IMG/VR virus record: IMGVR_UViG_3300013372_001213
Length of the DNA: 56,307 nucleotides
Origin: an uncultured virus (IMG/VR IMGVR_UViG_3300013372_001213)
Taxonomy: Duplodnaviria; Heunggongvirae; Uroviricota; Caudoviricetes
Reading direction: 5' to 3' (one strand)
Below, piece by piece: positions 37,170 through 46,969 of the stretch; position 1 is the first letter of the stretch; each line of letters opens with the position of its first letter. The position numbers and the translations under genes were made by a program. The notes beneath the pieces were generated by a model. The model worked only from the letters and a program-made list of their open reading frames with translations, was not told the origin of the DNA and searched no databases.

Positions 37170-38621
37170 ATGAATAATTGTCCAAATTGTAATCAAAGCT
37201 GTAATAATGGAGATTGTGGTTGTATCCCTCAGGGAATGACAACTCCTAACTATTGTCCTGCAGATTTACCTATCTGTCCAGATCCAAGTCCTTGTAATGA
37301 GACCTTTGATGCTCAATGTGTATACTATACAGGAGTAGGTAATGAATGTGTTGGATTAGAAAATGGCCAAACAGTAGAAGAATCACTTGAGGCTATCTCT
37401 ACTGCACTTAACCCTTTCTTTTGTTTAGAGTGTATTAACTTTGCATTACCAGCTAATGCTGCTACTAATGTACCAGTTAACCAAGTAATAACATGGAACA
37501 TGGTTCCTAGTGCTACTTGTTATGATGTATATTTAGGAACTAGTTCTACTACTTTGGTATTAGTATCATTAGGTCAGATCTTAACAACTTATACACCTCC
37601 TGCACCTTTATTAGAAGGTATAAATTATTACTGGCAGGTAGTACCTAGAAATGATGCCGGTATTCCAAAAGTAGATTGTCCTATTTTTACTTTTACTACA
37701 TTTAAGTTTGTATGTACTAATCCTATTACTTATATTTTAGAACTTGTAGAATCACAAGCTCAAGATTTAACAGATCCTACTCTTGTTATAGAAGCTATGG
37801 CTGGTATTTTACAAAATGGTTTATTAGTAACAAATTGTGATTTATGTTGTCCTGATTGTACAGAAACTAATAGATATGTATTAGCATCTGTAGAAACTTA
37901 TGCTACCTATTATTCTGCTGTTTATTCAGAAACTTGTTTACCTCCTTGTTGTATAGAAATAGATGCTTCATTAGAAGTTTATACAGGTGGAGTTGTTGCA
38001 CAACAAGTTGGAGAAATAGGAGTAATGGCTAGTGTTAGTTTATTTCAATTATTTCAAACTATACCTCCTCCAACAAATTGTTGTAATACTAATTTTAAAG
38101 AATGTTCTCAAAGAATTAAAACTTTATTAGGACCAAATGTAAATAACATTTATAATAAATTTGGTATAGTAGAAGAATCTACATTTAATGGTGTTACTAC
38201 TTTATGTATATTTGCAGACTTTTTAGAAAGTTTACCAGCTGCATGGACTTTTCAAGATAAAGAAGACTTTTTATCTGCTATTTTAGATAGAGGTTTGGTA
38301 ATAGATTGCAGACCAGAAGGAACAGTAATAAGTAATATTGGAAATTATATTGGTTATTTAGAACTTGTACTTGATGTTAATTGTCTTTGTTATAAACCTT
38401 GTACTTGTACATGTTATGAAGTAGAAATTATAGGTGATACAGGAGCATTAATAACTTATTTTAATTGTGAAACACAAGAAACTGTATTTGATGAATCTTT
38501 TATTGCTGGTATATACTATATATGTTCTGGAATATTTCCTTTAGTAGAGTCAATTGAAATAGTAAATATTACATCTTTACCTAATGATTGTGCTGCAGGA
38601 GATTGTATAGCACCAGTATAA
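37170..38621 (+). CDS. Cys-rich putative virion protein with FN3-like domain
   Basis: CVYYTG...EC motif related to the previous gene; PANAATNV...TW....AT.YDVYLG...YYWQVVP.N. Confidence 0.75.
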   Translation: MNNCPNCNQSCNNGDCGCIPQGMTTPNYCPADLPICPDPSPCNETFDAQCVYYTGVGNECVGLENGQTVEESLEAISTALNPFFCLECINFALPANAATNVPVNQVITWNMVPSATCYDVYLGTSSTTLVLVSLGQILTTYTPPAPLLEGINYYWQVVPRNDAGIPKVDCPIFTFTTFKFVCTNPITYILELVESQAQDLTDPTLVIEAMAGILQNGLLVTNCDLCCPDCTETNRYVLASVETYATYYSAVYSETCLPPCCIEIDASLEVYTGGVVAQQVGEIGVMASVSLFQLFQTIPPPTNCCNTNFKECSQRIKTLLGPNVNNIYNKFGIVEESTFNGVTTLCIFADFLESLPAAWTFQDKEDFLSAILDRGLVIDCRPEGTVISNIGNYIGYLELVLDVNCLCYKPCTCTCYEVEIIGDTGALITYFNCETQETVFDESFIAGIYYICSGIFPLVESIEIVNITSLPNDCAAGDCIAPV

Positions 38622-38643
38622 ATAAAAATTAAAAAATAGAAAT

Positions 38644-39375
38644 ATGTTAACATCAGCAACAATAACAGTAGATTTTTTAGGTAATTATGCTGGCCCACAT
38701 AGAGTATGTTGGAGAGTTCAGGGTTCAGGTAATCCTTATGTATGTACTAACTTAGTTACATGTGTAGGTGGGGGTAATCCTTGCCAAGCTCTTATCAATG
38801 TAATGATAGATCCAGAATCTTGTGAAGATATTATCTTTGAAGGATATATCCAAGCAGCCTGTCAAGTAGAAGGTTCTACTATTGATAGAGTACCTTTTAC
38901 AGTAACATATACCCCAACTCCTTCTTGTAATATGTATACTTTAACAAATAATACAGGAGCTGATTATGCTTTTATAAGTTCTAAATTAGGAGTTAATTGT
39001 GATGGTACTATAAGACCTGGAATGACAGTTCTTGATGGTGCTAGTATTGCTTTATGTGGAATAGTAGGAATGCCTCAAAATATAATTGATGATTTTAATG
39101 TAATTCCTACTCCAAATTCTTGTTGTACTACTTGTCAAAATTATTCATTTGATATATATATTCCTGGTAAATGTCTTGGACAACTTATTATAACTTATAT
39201 AAACCCAACAACTGGTATTTTAACAGAATATCCTATTTCATACCCACCTCCTGCACCAGATGGATCTATTTCTTTTTCAGTTTCTATTAATGCAGCTTTA
39301 GGTAGTTTAAATATATATAATGTTTCATGTATAATTATAACTACACCTATTGTAACAGATTGTGTAGTTATTTAA
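38644..39375 (+). CDS. Cys-rich putative virion protein
   Basis: 243-aa beta-rich ORF. Confidence 0.7.
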   Translation: MLTSATITVDFLGNYAGPHRVCWRVQGSGNPYVCTNLVTCVGGGNPCQALINVMIDPESCEDIIFEGYIQAACQVEGSTIDRVPFTVTYTPTPSCNMYTLTNNTGADYAFISSKLGVNCDGTIRPGMTVLDGASIALCGIVGMPQNIIDDFNVIPTPNSCCTTCQNYSFDIYIPGKCLGQLIITYINPTTGILTEYPISYPPPAPDGSISFSVSINAALGSLNIYNVSCIIITTPIVTDCVVI

Positions 39376-39422
39376 AATACTGTATAGGCCATGCTTTGTT
39401 GGTTTAAACATGGCTAACAGGT

Positions 39423-39455
39423 AAAGTCCTCAGTTAAATTATACTGGGGACTTTT
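39423..39455 (+). terminator. Intrinsic terminator
   Basis: AAAGUCCUCAGU/ACUGGGGACUUU hairpin plus U-rich tail. Confidence 0.7.
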
Positions 39456-39536
39456 AATATATAACCTTTGGAAGTTAAACAATAAAAGTTTATTTTTAAA
39501 GTTTAAAAATATTTTGTATATTTATAGGTAAAAGGT

Positions 39537-40130
39537 ATGATAAAAGAATTCAGAAAACCAGATTTAAAAGCACCTAGATGTAGACAAAGTATTCATACTG
39601 TGCTTAATAAAAAGTTTGTAGAAGAGTTCATAACTAAGTACCCAAAGTATAAAGACCTGGAAATGAAGGATATAAAAAAAATATTAAACACTTTTCACGG
39701 TAAATTATGGGATCATGCTTTACATAATAGAGATGGTGTTGAGTTACCTGATAGTTTAGGTTTTGTTTTTATAGGTACTTGCTTTAGTCCAAAGAAATAT
39801 AATACAGATTTTGGAGGGTCAATAAAAGGTGAGGTTACTATTAGACATAGAAATTTTGAATCAGATAATTTTCTAGCTAAAATATTCTACACCAATTATG
39901 CTAACAAATACAAGTTTAAAAACAGGGAACTGTGGAATTTTTCCGGTATAAGAGATTTTAAAAGAGGTGTTGCTAAAGTATATCCTGAAAAATGGAAAAT
40001 GTATCTACAGGTAGAAAGTGGTAAACATATAACTAAGTATTTAAAAAATGCTAGAAAAAATGAATGGTTTAAAACTACTAGTGAAAACTTTGTTGTTGAT
40101 CCATTGTATAATGAATTTGACATAAATTAA
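39537..40130 (+). CDS. IHF/HU-like basic protein
   Basis: GVELPDSLGFVFI motif; precedes ring genes as in crAss-like phages. Confidence 0.65.
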   Translation: MIKEFRKPDLKAPRCRQSIHTVLNKKFVEEFITKYPKYKDLEMKDIKKILNTFHGKLWDHALHNRDGVELPDSLGFVFIGTCFSPKKYNTDFGGSIKGEVTIRHRNFESDNFLAKIFYTNYANKYKFKNRELWNFSGIRDFKRGVAKVYPEKWKMYLQVESGKHITKYLKNARKNEWFKTTSENFVVDPLYNEFDIN

Positions 40131-40134
40131 TAAA

Positions 40135-40806
40135 ATGACAACTATAGAAGAAACAATATCTAGAGTAAGAAATGTAGTTAAAGGGGTTAAGGAAGATGCC
40201 TTTTTAACTGATAGATTTATTTACTCTCTTGTTTTAAAATATGCTAAGATGCTTATTAGAAGACAAGATAATGAAAACAAAATTATGAGGTTTCAAAGTT
40301 TGTTTGAGAAGTTACCTTGTGTTGAACTTATTGAAGTAGATAGAATAGAAGCATGCTGTGGTGGTATAAAATCTAATTGTACTATCATGAGAACTAAGAA
40401 TAAATTACCTAATGTATTAGAAGGAGCTTATGGACCATTATTTAGAACTATTAGTTCTATTGATGGATCTATTCAAGTATATAAAACATATCCTAATATT
40501 TATACTAATATGGCCAACCTGCCTACCTTTAAGTATAACAAGAATAAATACTACTGGTATTTAGGTGGTTACTTATACTTTCCTAATATAGTTTGGGAAT
40601 CAATATCTATTGAAGGTTTATGGGATGAAAGCATTGCTATGTATATTTGTGATGGTGATTCATGCAAACCAAGACAACTAGATGATACTCATATACCTGA
40701 ATACCTATTTGCTGAAATGGAGCAAATGGTAGCAAAAGATTTATTAACCATGATTCAGATTTCTGTTGAGAATAATGATGATAACCAAAACCCTCTTAGA
40801 AGCTAG
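40135..40806 (+). CDS. Putative tail ring (tubular) protein
   Basis: LPCVELIEVD, RTK.KLP and YYWY..GYLYF motifs. Confidence 0.75.
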   Translation: MTTIEETISRVRNVVKGVKEDAFLTDRFIYSLVLKYAKMLIRRQDNENKIMRFQSLFEKLPCVELIEVDRIEACCGGIKSNCTIMRTKNKLPNVLEGAYGPLFRTISSIDGSIQVYKTYPNIYTNMANLPTFKYNKNKYYWYLGGYLYFPNIVWESISIEGLWDESIAMYICDGDSCKPRQLDDTHIPEYLFAEMEQMVAKDLLTMIQISVENNDDNQNPLRS

Positions 40807-40811
40807 AAATT

Positions 40812-41834
40812 ATGGGATTTAACTACACACTAAAATATAGAACCTTTGATCAATTACTTGATGATGTTCAAGTAGATTTTCAAAACCTAACATTGCAAAA
40901 TATGATAGAACCTCAACAACTTATTAAGGTTGTTAAAAGAGTCAGTAATGATTTAGGTTTAAGAATCTTTATGACTAAAGAAACTTTACTTGAGGTTAAT
41001 AAAGGTAGAGTAAAACTTCCTGATAGTTTCCATGTATTAAACTATGCATTAGTTTGTGATGATGTAGTAGTAAATGAACCAGTTATTCAAGGTACTAATA
41101 TTCAAGAAATAAATGTAATACCTACTTACAAAGAAACTCCTGCAATTATTGATGTATGTACACCCCCTACTGTTAATTGTAGATCTTGTGGTGTACCTAC
41201 TAATACATGTGCATGTCAAACTAATCCTTCTAATTGTGAAGTATTACCTTCTGGTCAACAGTACTGCTCTAAACCAAGATTACAGATGAACTGTAAAGGA
41301 GATGTTTATGAGTTAGTTCAGGTAGTTAAATCTCAAGAAAGAACCTTTAGAAGATTATGGCCATTACAATTACTTACTAATGACCAGACTATAGATTGTG
41401 GTTGCCCTAACTTATACATAAAGACTCCTCAACAAGCTTGGATTAGAGATAACTATTTTTATACAAACTTTGATGATGCTAAAATCTATATTAGTTACCA
41501 AAGTACATTAGAAGATGATGAAGGTAACTTACTAGTAGTTGATCATGATCAGATTAATGAGTACTATGAGTATGCTGTAAAAGAAAGAATACTTGAGAAC
41601 TTGTTTATGAATGATGAGAATGTTTCAGCTAAGTTACAACTAGTTCAACAGAAACTAAGAGTAGCAAGAAACTATGCTAAGTCTTATGTTAATACTCCTA
41701 ACTTTATGGAGATGAAACAGTTATGGCAAGCTAATAGAAAAGCTCAGTATGGTAAGTACTATGATCAGTTTAAATCATATCCTTGGAATCAAGCTTTTAA
41801 TATTAATGTAGAAGGTCAAATGAATAGATACTAA
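40812..41834 (+). CDS. Putative tail ring (tubular) protein with Cys-rich insertion
   Basis: KLP..F, YFYTNF..A.IYISY and D.EG.LLV motifs. Confidence 0.75.
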   Translation: MGFNYTLKYRTFDQLLDDVQVDFQNLTLQNMIEPQQLIKVVKRVSNDLGLRIFMTKETLLEVNKGRVKLPDSFHVLNYALVCDDVVVNEPVIQGTNIQEINVIPTYKETPAIIDVCTPPTVNCRSCGVPTNTCACQTNPSNCEVLPSGQQYCSKPRLQMNCKGDVYELVQVVKSQERTFRRLWPLQLLTNDQTIDCGCPNLYIKTPQQAWIRDNYFYTNFDDAKIYISYQSTLEDDEGNLLVVDHDQINEYYEYAVKERILENLFMNDENVSAKLQLVQQKLRVARNYAKSYVNTPNFMEMKQLWQANRKAQYGKYYDQFKSYPWNQAFNINVEGQMNRY

Positions 41835-44800
41835 TGGCACAAGAAGAACAAAATACCAGCAGTGGTCAAGTAAGAAGTTTTGATAAAGCTTTAAATGAAG
41901 ATGTTAATGATTTTCATTTACCTTCCAATGAATGGACCCAGGCAAGGAATGCTATTAATAATTCTGTAACTGGTGATTTAGGAAAACTTGGTAATGAACC
42001 TGCTAATCTTAAATGTGTTGAGATAGATTACCCAATCATAGGTACTATTCATGTCATTGAAGATAAATGGTTATTGTACTCTACAGACTCTCTAGGTAAT
42101 TGTGAGATAGGTTTATTTAAGGAATCAACATGTTTATATGAACCACTTACTATTGATCCATGTCTTGGTTTTAAATTAGAAAATTTAATCATTGGTGTAT
42201 GTAGACCAACAAGTACTTGTACCTATATAGCATATTGGGATGATGGTATAAATCCATCAAGAAGAATGGAATTTGATGCTGACTTTATTGATAATATTCC
42301 TATAATAAATCCTAACCTATCTACTGATCCTAACAGTACATTACCTTGGGTACAAATAGATACAACACCTTTAGGTCCTTGTCATACTTTTGAAAACACT
42401 CCTGTTCTAGATTGTGATAAATTAAGATTAGCTTTATTCATGGACCCAATATGTCCAAGAGTTGAAAAAGGTGTTAGTGGGGGTAACTTACTTAATGGTT
42501 CTTACTTAGTAGCAATGGCCTATGCAATCAATGGTCAGAAAATAAGTGATTGGTATGTATCAAATGCTCAAGGATTATTTGATCATAATAATAGTGCATC
42601 ATCATTAGATGTATTTATTGATAGTATAGATAATAGATATGATGAAATTATAGTAGCTACCATTGCAATTATAAATCAACAAACAGTTGTAAGACAAGCT
42701 GGTTATTATAGTACAAGACAAACTAGATTAAGTTTTGATACAATATTTGATACATGGCCTGCTATTCCTATTGAGCAAATTCCTATCATGACTCCTATAG
42801 TAGATAAGTCTGATGCTATGTACAATGTAGGAGATTACTTGTTAAGGGTTGGTCCTACCTCAAAGTTTGATTTTAACTATCAACCATTAGCTAACCAGAT
42901 AGTAACCAAATGGCAATCTATAGAATACCCTGCTGACTACTATAAAAAAGGCGGTAATCAAGTAGGATACATGAGAGATGAAGTATATGCTTTCTTTATT
43001 CAATGGATCTATGATACAGGTGATAAGTCTGCTTCATATCATATACCAGGAAGACCTCCTTTAGTTTATGCTCCCTTAGCACCTCTTGTAGACAATAGTC
43101 CTTTTTTTGGAACTAACTCTTTACCTGGAGACTCAATGGTATTTGAAACATTTAATACAGCTCAAGCAATAGGTGGAACTTTATCTATTCCTCAACCAGA
43201 TGGAGGGGTTTTAATCAGAGAAGGTTTAATGGGATATTGGCAATCTACTGAAATTTACCCAGATAACAAATCAGAAATATGGAATGCTAGTGATCCTTCT
43301 CATCCATGGAGTGCAGTAACCGGAGCACCTCCTTATAGTACTACTAGTATTTTAGATTATGATCTTTGTGGTAAACCTATCAGACATCATAAATTTCCTG
43401 AAGATGTTTTAGCTGGTGCTAGTGAAACTAGATTATTTAATTCTGGTTCTGGAAACAGTATCAGAATAATGGGTGTTAAGTTTGAAAACATAAGAGCTCC
43501 TAAAGATAATGATGGAAATACTATTACTAATATTGTAGGATACAGAATATTAAGAAGTACTAGAAATGGTAATAAAACAATTATTGCCAAAGGTATAATT
43601 AATAATATGGGTAGATATCCTATACCAGGTAGTACTAAAGAAAGTTTATATCCTAATTATCCATATAATGATCTTCAACCAGATCCATTTTTAACACAAA
43701 ATGAAACACATACAAATGGTTTTGCTCAAGTTGTAGGGGGAGGTAATTCATTACAAAATTTTCAACAAAAATATTTAACTTTTCATTCACCTGATACAAA
43801 CTTTAATAATCCTTTTTTAGCTACTAAAGAATTAAAAATCTATGGTAATGTTTGGGGAGGTGTAGATGGTAAATATGATTTAGTTGAAAAACATCCTAAA
43901 GAAAAACTTATTACAAATCTAACTTTTATTATTGCTGGTATAGCTGGTATTGGTATAGCAGGTTTAGCAGCTAATGGTAAAAAAAGAACAACATATGCAA
44001 CTGCAAAAAGTAGTGGTGTAAGTGCTAGTATGGTACTAGCAGCAGGTAATGGTACACTTGTTCAACCAGATATTCTTACTGGTCAAGCTCTTATATATAA
44101 TTCACTTATGTTAGCAATATTAGGAACACTAAATACTGCTGATGCTGCTGCAAATGCTGGTGGTCTTGATACTTTATCAGCTGCTGGAGGAGTATCCTCT
44201 ACTGCTAGACTTAGAGCTCAATTACTTACTGCTGCAGGTACAGCTGCCGGTCTTCTTAATGGTACAGGAATTGATTATAAAGTTGAACAAGAAGATGGTT
44301 ATTTAGCAGGTTTAGGTGGAACATTAGGTGGGTTTGCTGGTATTCCTTTATTTTTAAATTATTTTACTGATGGTACTGATAGTATAATTAGGTTAGTAAA
44401 AGCTATTATTAGATATAGAGATTTTGCTATAAGATATCATTCTCATGGTTATTATAATAATTTTGATGGACCTCCCCCTAATTTTAGATTTAGTATAGAT
44501 AAACAAATATATGTTAATCCTGAAATAGCTGAGTTTGAACCAAATTTGCAAATTAATAATTTATATAGAAATAGAACTGTAGTTTTAAATACTGCAGGAT
44601 CAGTTCCTCCTCCTGCTAAAACAGATCTTACAAGATATGATTCTACTAAAATACTTACTGGATTTTGGCCTACAGATCCCATTACAGGTGTACCTAGAAT
44701 TACTATAGATGATTTTTGTTCTAAATATATAAAAGGAACTGATACAGTAGATGGTGCTAATGGTCAAATATGCTCTTCACATTATACAGGAATAAAAGTT

Positions 44801-46969
44801 AGAATAAAAAATCAATATAGTCAACTAGCTAATATTGTTCAGTTACCTACTGATTCATGTTATGAATCTGTAGTATTTAATAACCTAGGTGAATTTGTAG
44901 ATATTAATAATCCAAGCACTGTTTTACAAAGTGTTTCTACAAAACCTTTATTTGGAGGTGATGTTTATATAAACAGATATACTGAAAAAAATACTTTTTT
45001 ATTTTTCTATGATTGGTTAGAAGGACAACCTGATGGTGCACAATTTAACTACCTTCAACATAAAATGGCTCCTTACCCTAAATACTGGGCTAATTTTAAT
45101 GACTTTCAAACTAGTGATTTTACAACAAGTTTTATTAATACAGTTTTAAATCCTTCAGCATGGTCTTCTATTTTTACTAGCCCTGGACAAATACTTACTC
45201 CTAGTGATTTTTATGCTTTAGACGGACCTTCTTTTGCAGCAAATATAACCAATATAAGATTTGATGTTAGAGGTTGGTTTTATTTATTTAATTCTGGTGT
45301 AAGAGATTTCTTTGTAGAATCAGAAATCAATGTAGCTAATAGAGATTATGGTGAATTACAAGCTGAAAGATTTTATGATCCATATCAAGGAGGTGATACC
45401 AAAACTTTATTTGATACTGCTATTATCAAGTCTGGTAACTATTATAAATATGATATATCATTAAGTACAACTAAACTGTTTACTAATTATACATCATGGG
45501 GTGCTACACAATCTCCTCAGTATAATCCTTATATAGCAGATACTTGTTTTATATACCAACCTAAAAAAGTAATTTACTCTTTACCTTCACAATTTGAAGG
45601 TCTTAAAGATGGGTGGAGAATCTTTTTAACCAATAACTATTATAACTTTTTAAATATTGTAACTTGTATTAAACCTATTAATAAAAGTGGTGCTTTAATC
45701 TTTTTTGATTCTGCTAGCCCTGTACAGTTCCAAGGTACTGACCAATTACAAACAGGTCTAGGTACCAAACTTACTATTGGAGATGGTGGTTTATTTTCTC
45801 AACCAGTACAAGCTGTAGTTAATGTAGAGGCATCTCATGAATATGGATCTTGCCAAAATAGATTAAGTGTTATTAATAGTCCTGCAGGTGTATATTGGAT
45901 AAGTCAAAACCAAGGTAAAATCTTTACATTAAGTGGAGAAGGTATTAAAGAACTATCTACTGTTAATATGAAATGGTGGTTTGCTAGTTACCTACCTTAT
46001 CAGATTGTTAAAGACTTTCCTAATTTTAGTTTACTTGATAATCCTGTTATAGGAGTTAGTTGTCAATCAGTATATGATAACCAAAATGGTTTATTGTACT
46101 TCTGTAAAAAAGATTATAGTCTTAAAAAAGATGTTGATGAAACATTACAATATATACCAGGAACTAATAAGTTTTTAGTATTCCCTATGCAGACTACTGT
46201 TGAACTAGGAGATCCTTTATATTTTGAAGATGCCTCTTGGACTGTAAGCTTTGACCCTAAAACAAATGCTTGGTTATCTTATCATGATTGGCACCCAACA
46301 TTTAACATGCCGGGTAAAAATACCTTTATGACAGTTAGCCCTGATGATAAAAAAAGTATATGGATTCATAATGAAAGATGTGATTTTTATTGCAACTATT
46401 ATGATAAAGATTATCCTTTTGAAGTAGAGTTTACTGTTAACACTATTCAAGATGTTAATTCTTTAAGAAGTATTCAGTATATAATGGAGTGTTATAAATA
46501 TGCTCCTAATTGTTATGATAGATTCCATGTGTTAGATTATAACTTTGATGAGGCTACTATCTATAACACAGAACAAACTTCTGGGTTATTAAAACTTGTG
46601 GTAAATCCAAAAGAAAATCCTAATGCTATATTGCAGTATCCTATTATTAATCCTACAAACATTAATATACTTTTCTCTAAAGAAGAAAACAAGTATAGAT
46701 TTAATCAGTTCTGGGATGTTACAGATGATAGAGGAGAATACTATAATCCATTAATTCCTGGCTTTGCTGAAAGAGCAGTTTGGGATACACAACCTAATGG
46801 GTATGTAAGAATACTTAATGCTAATAACTTAAACTATGATAAAGAACAACTGCAAAGAAAGAAGTTCAGGCATTACACTGTCTCTGTTCTACTAAGAAAA
46901 CTAGTCTCTGGCAATAGAAAGATGATGGTAATGTTAGCAGATGTTAAAAACCTTTTATCCCCAAGATAA
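41834..46969 (+). CDS. Tail stabilization / muzzle protein
   Basis: 1711 aa; LGNEPAN, GYMRDEVYAF, FGGDVYI.RY, YGSCQ and WTVSFDP....WLSYHDW.P motifs. Confidence 0.85.
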   Translation: MAQEEQNTSSGQVRSFDKALNEDVNDFHLPSNEWTQARNAINNSVTGDLGKLGNEPANLKCVEIDYPIIGTIHVIEDKWLLYSTDSLGNCEIGLFKESTCLYEPLTIDPCLGFKLENLIIGVCRPTSTCTYIAYWDDGINPSRRMEFDADFIDNIPIINPNLSTDPNSTLPWVQIDTTPLGPCHTFENTPVLDCDKLRLALFMDPICPRVEKGVSGGNLLNGSYLVAMAYAINGQKISDWYVSNAQGLFDHNNSASSLDVFIDSIDNRYDEIIVATIAIINQQTVVRQAGYYSTRQTRLSFDTIFDTWPAIPIEQIPIMTPIVDKSDAMYNVGDYLLRVGPTSKFDFNYQPLANQIVTKWQSIEYPADYYKKGGNQVGYMRDEVYAFFIQWIYDTGDKSASYHIPGRPPLVYAPLAPLVDNSPFFGTNSLPGDSMVFETFNTAQAIGGTLSIPQPDGGVLIREGLMGYWQSTEIYPDNKSEIWNASDPSHPWSAVTGAPPYSTTSILDYDLCGKPIRHHKFPEDVLAGASETRLFNSGSGNSIRIMGVKFENIRAPKDNDGNTITNIVGYRILRSTRNGNKTIIAKGIINNMGRYPIPGSTKESLYPNYPYNDLQPDPFLTQNETHTNGFAQVVGGGNSLQNFQQKYLTFHSPDTNFNNPFLATKELKIYGNVWGGVDGKYDLVEKHPKEKLITNLTFIIAGIAGIGIAGLAANGKKRTTYATAKSSGVSASMVLAAGNGTLVQPDILTGQALIYNSLMLAILGTLNTADAAANAGGLDTLSAAGGVSSTARLRAQLLTAAGTAAGLLNGTGIDYKVEQEDGYLAGLGGTLGGFAGIPLFLNYFTDGTDSIIRLVKAIIRYRDFAIRYHSHGYYNNFDGPPPNFRFSIDKQIYVNPEIAEFEPNLQINNLYRNRTVVLNTAGSVPPPAKTDLTRYDSTKILTGFWPTDPITGVPRITIDDFCSKYIKGTDTVDGANGQICSSHYTGIKVRIKNQYSQLANIVQLPTDSCYESVVFNNLGEFVDINNPSTVLQSVSTKPLFGGDVYINRYTEKNTFLFFYDWLEGQPDGAQFNYLQHKMAPYPKYWANFNDFQTSDFTTSFINTVLNPSAWSSIFTSPGQILTPSDFYALDGPSFAANITNIRFDVRGWFYLFNSGVRDFFVESEINVANRDYGELQAERFYDPYQGGDTKTLFDTAIIKSGNYYKYDISLSTTKLFTNYTSWGATQSPQYNPYIADTCFIYQPKKVIYSLPSQFEGLKDGWRIFLTNNYYNFLNIVTCIKPINKSGALIFFDSASPVQFQGTDQLQTGLGTKLTIGDGGLFSQPVQAVVNVEASHEYGSCQNRLSVINSPAGVYWISQNQGKIFTLSGEGIKELSTVNMKWWFASYLPYQIVKDFPNFSLLDNPVIGVSCQSVYDNQNGLLYFCKKDYSLKKDVDETLQYIPGTNKFLVFPMQTTVELGDPLYFEDASWTVSFDPKTNAWLSYHDWHPTFNMPGKNTFMTVSPDDKKSIWIHNERCDFYCNYYDKDYPFEVEFTVNTIQDVNSLRSIQYIMECYKYAPNCYDRFHVLDYNFDEATIYNTEQTSGLLKLVVNPKENPNAILQYPIINPTNINILFSKEENKYRFNQFWDVTDDRGEYYNPLIPGFAERAVWDTQPNGYVRILNANNLNYDKEQLQRKKFRHYTVSVLLRKLVSGNRKMMVMLADVKNLLSPR

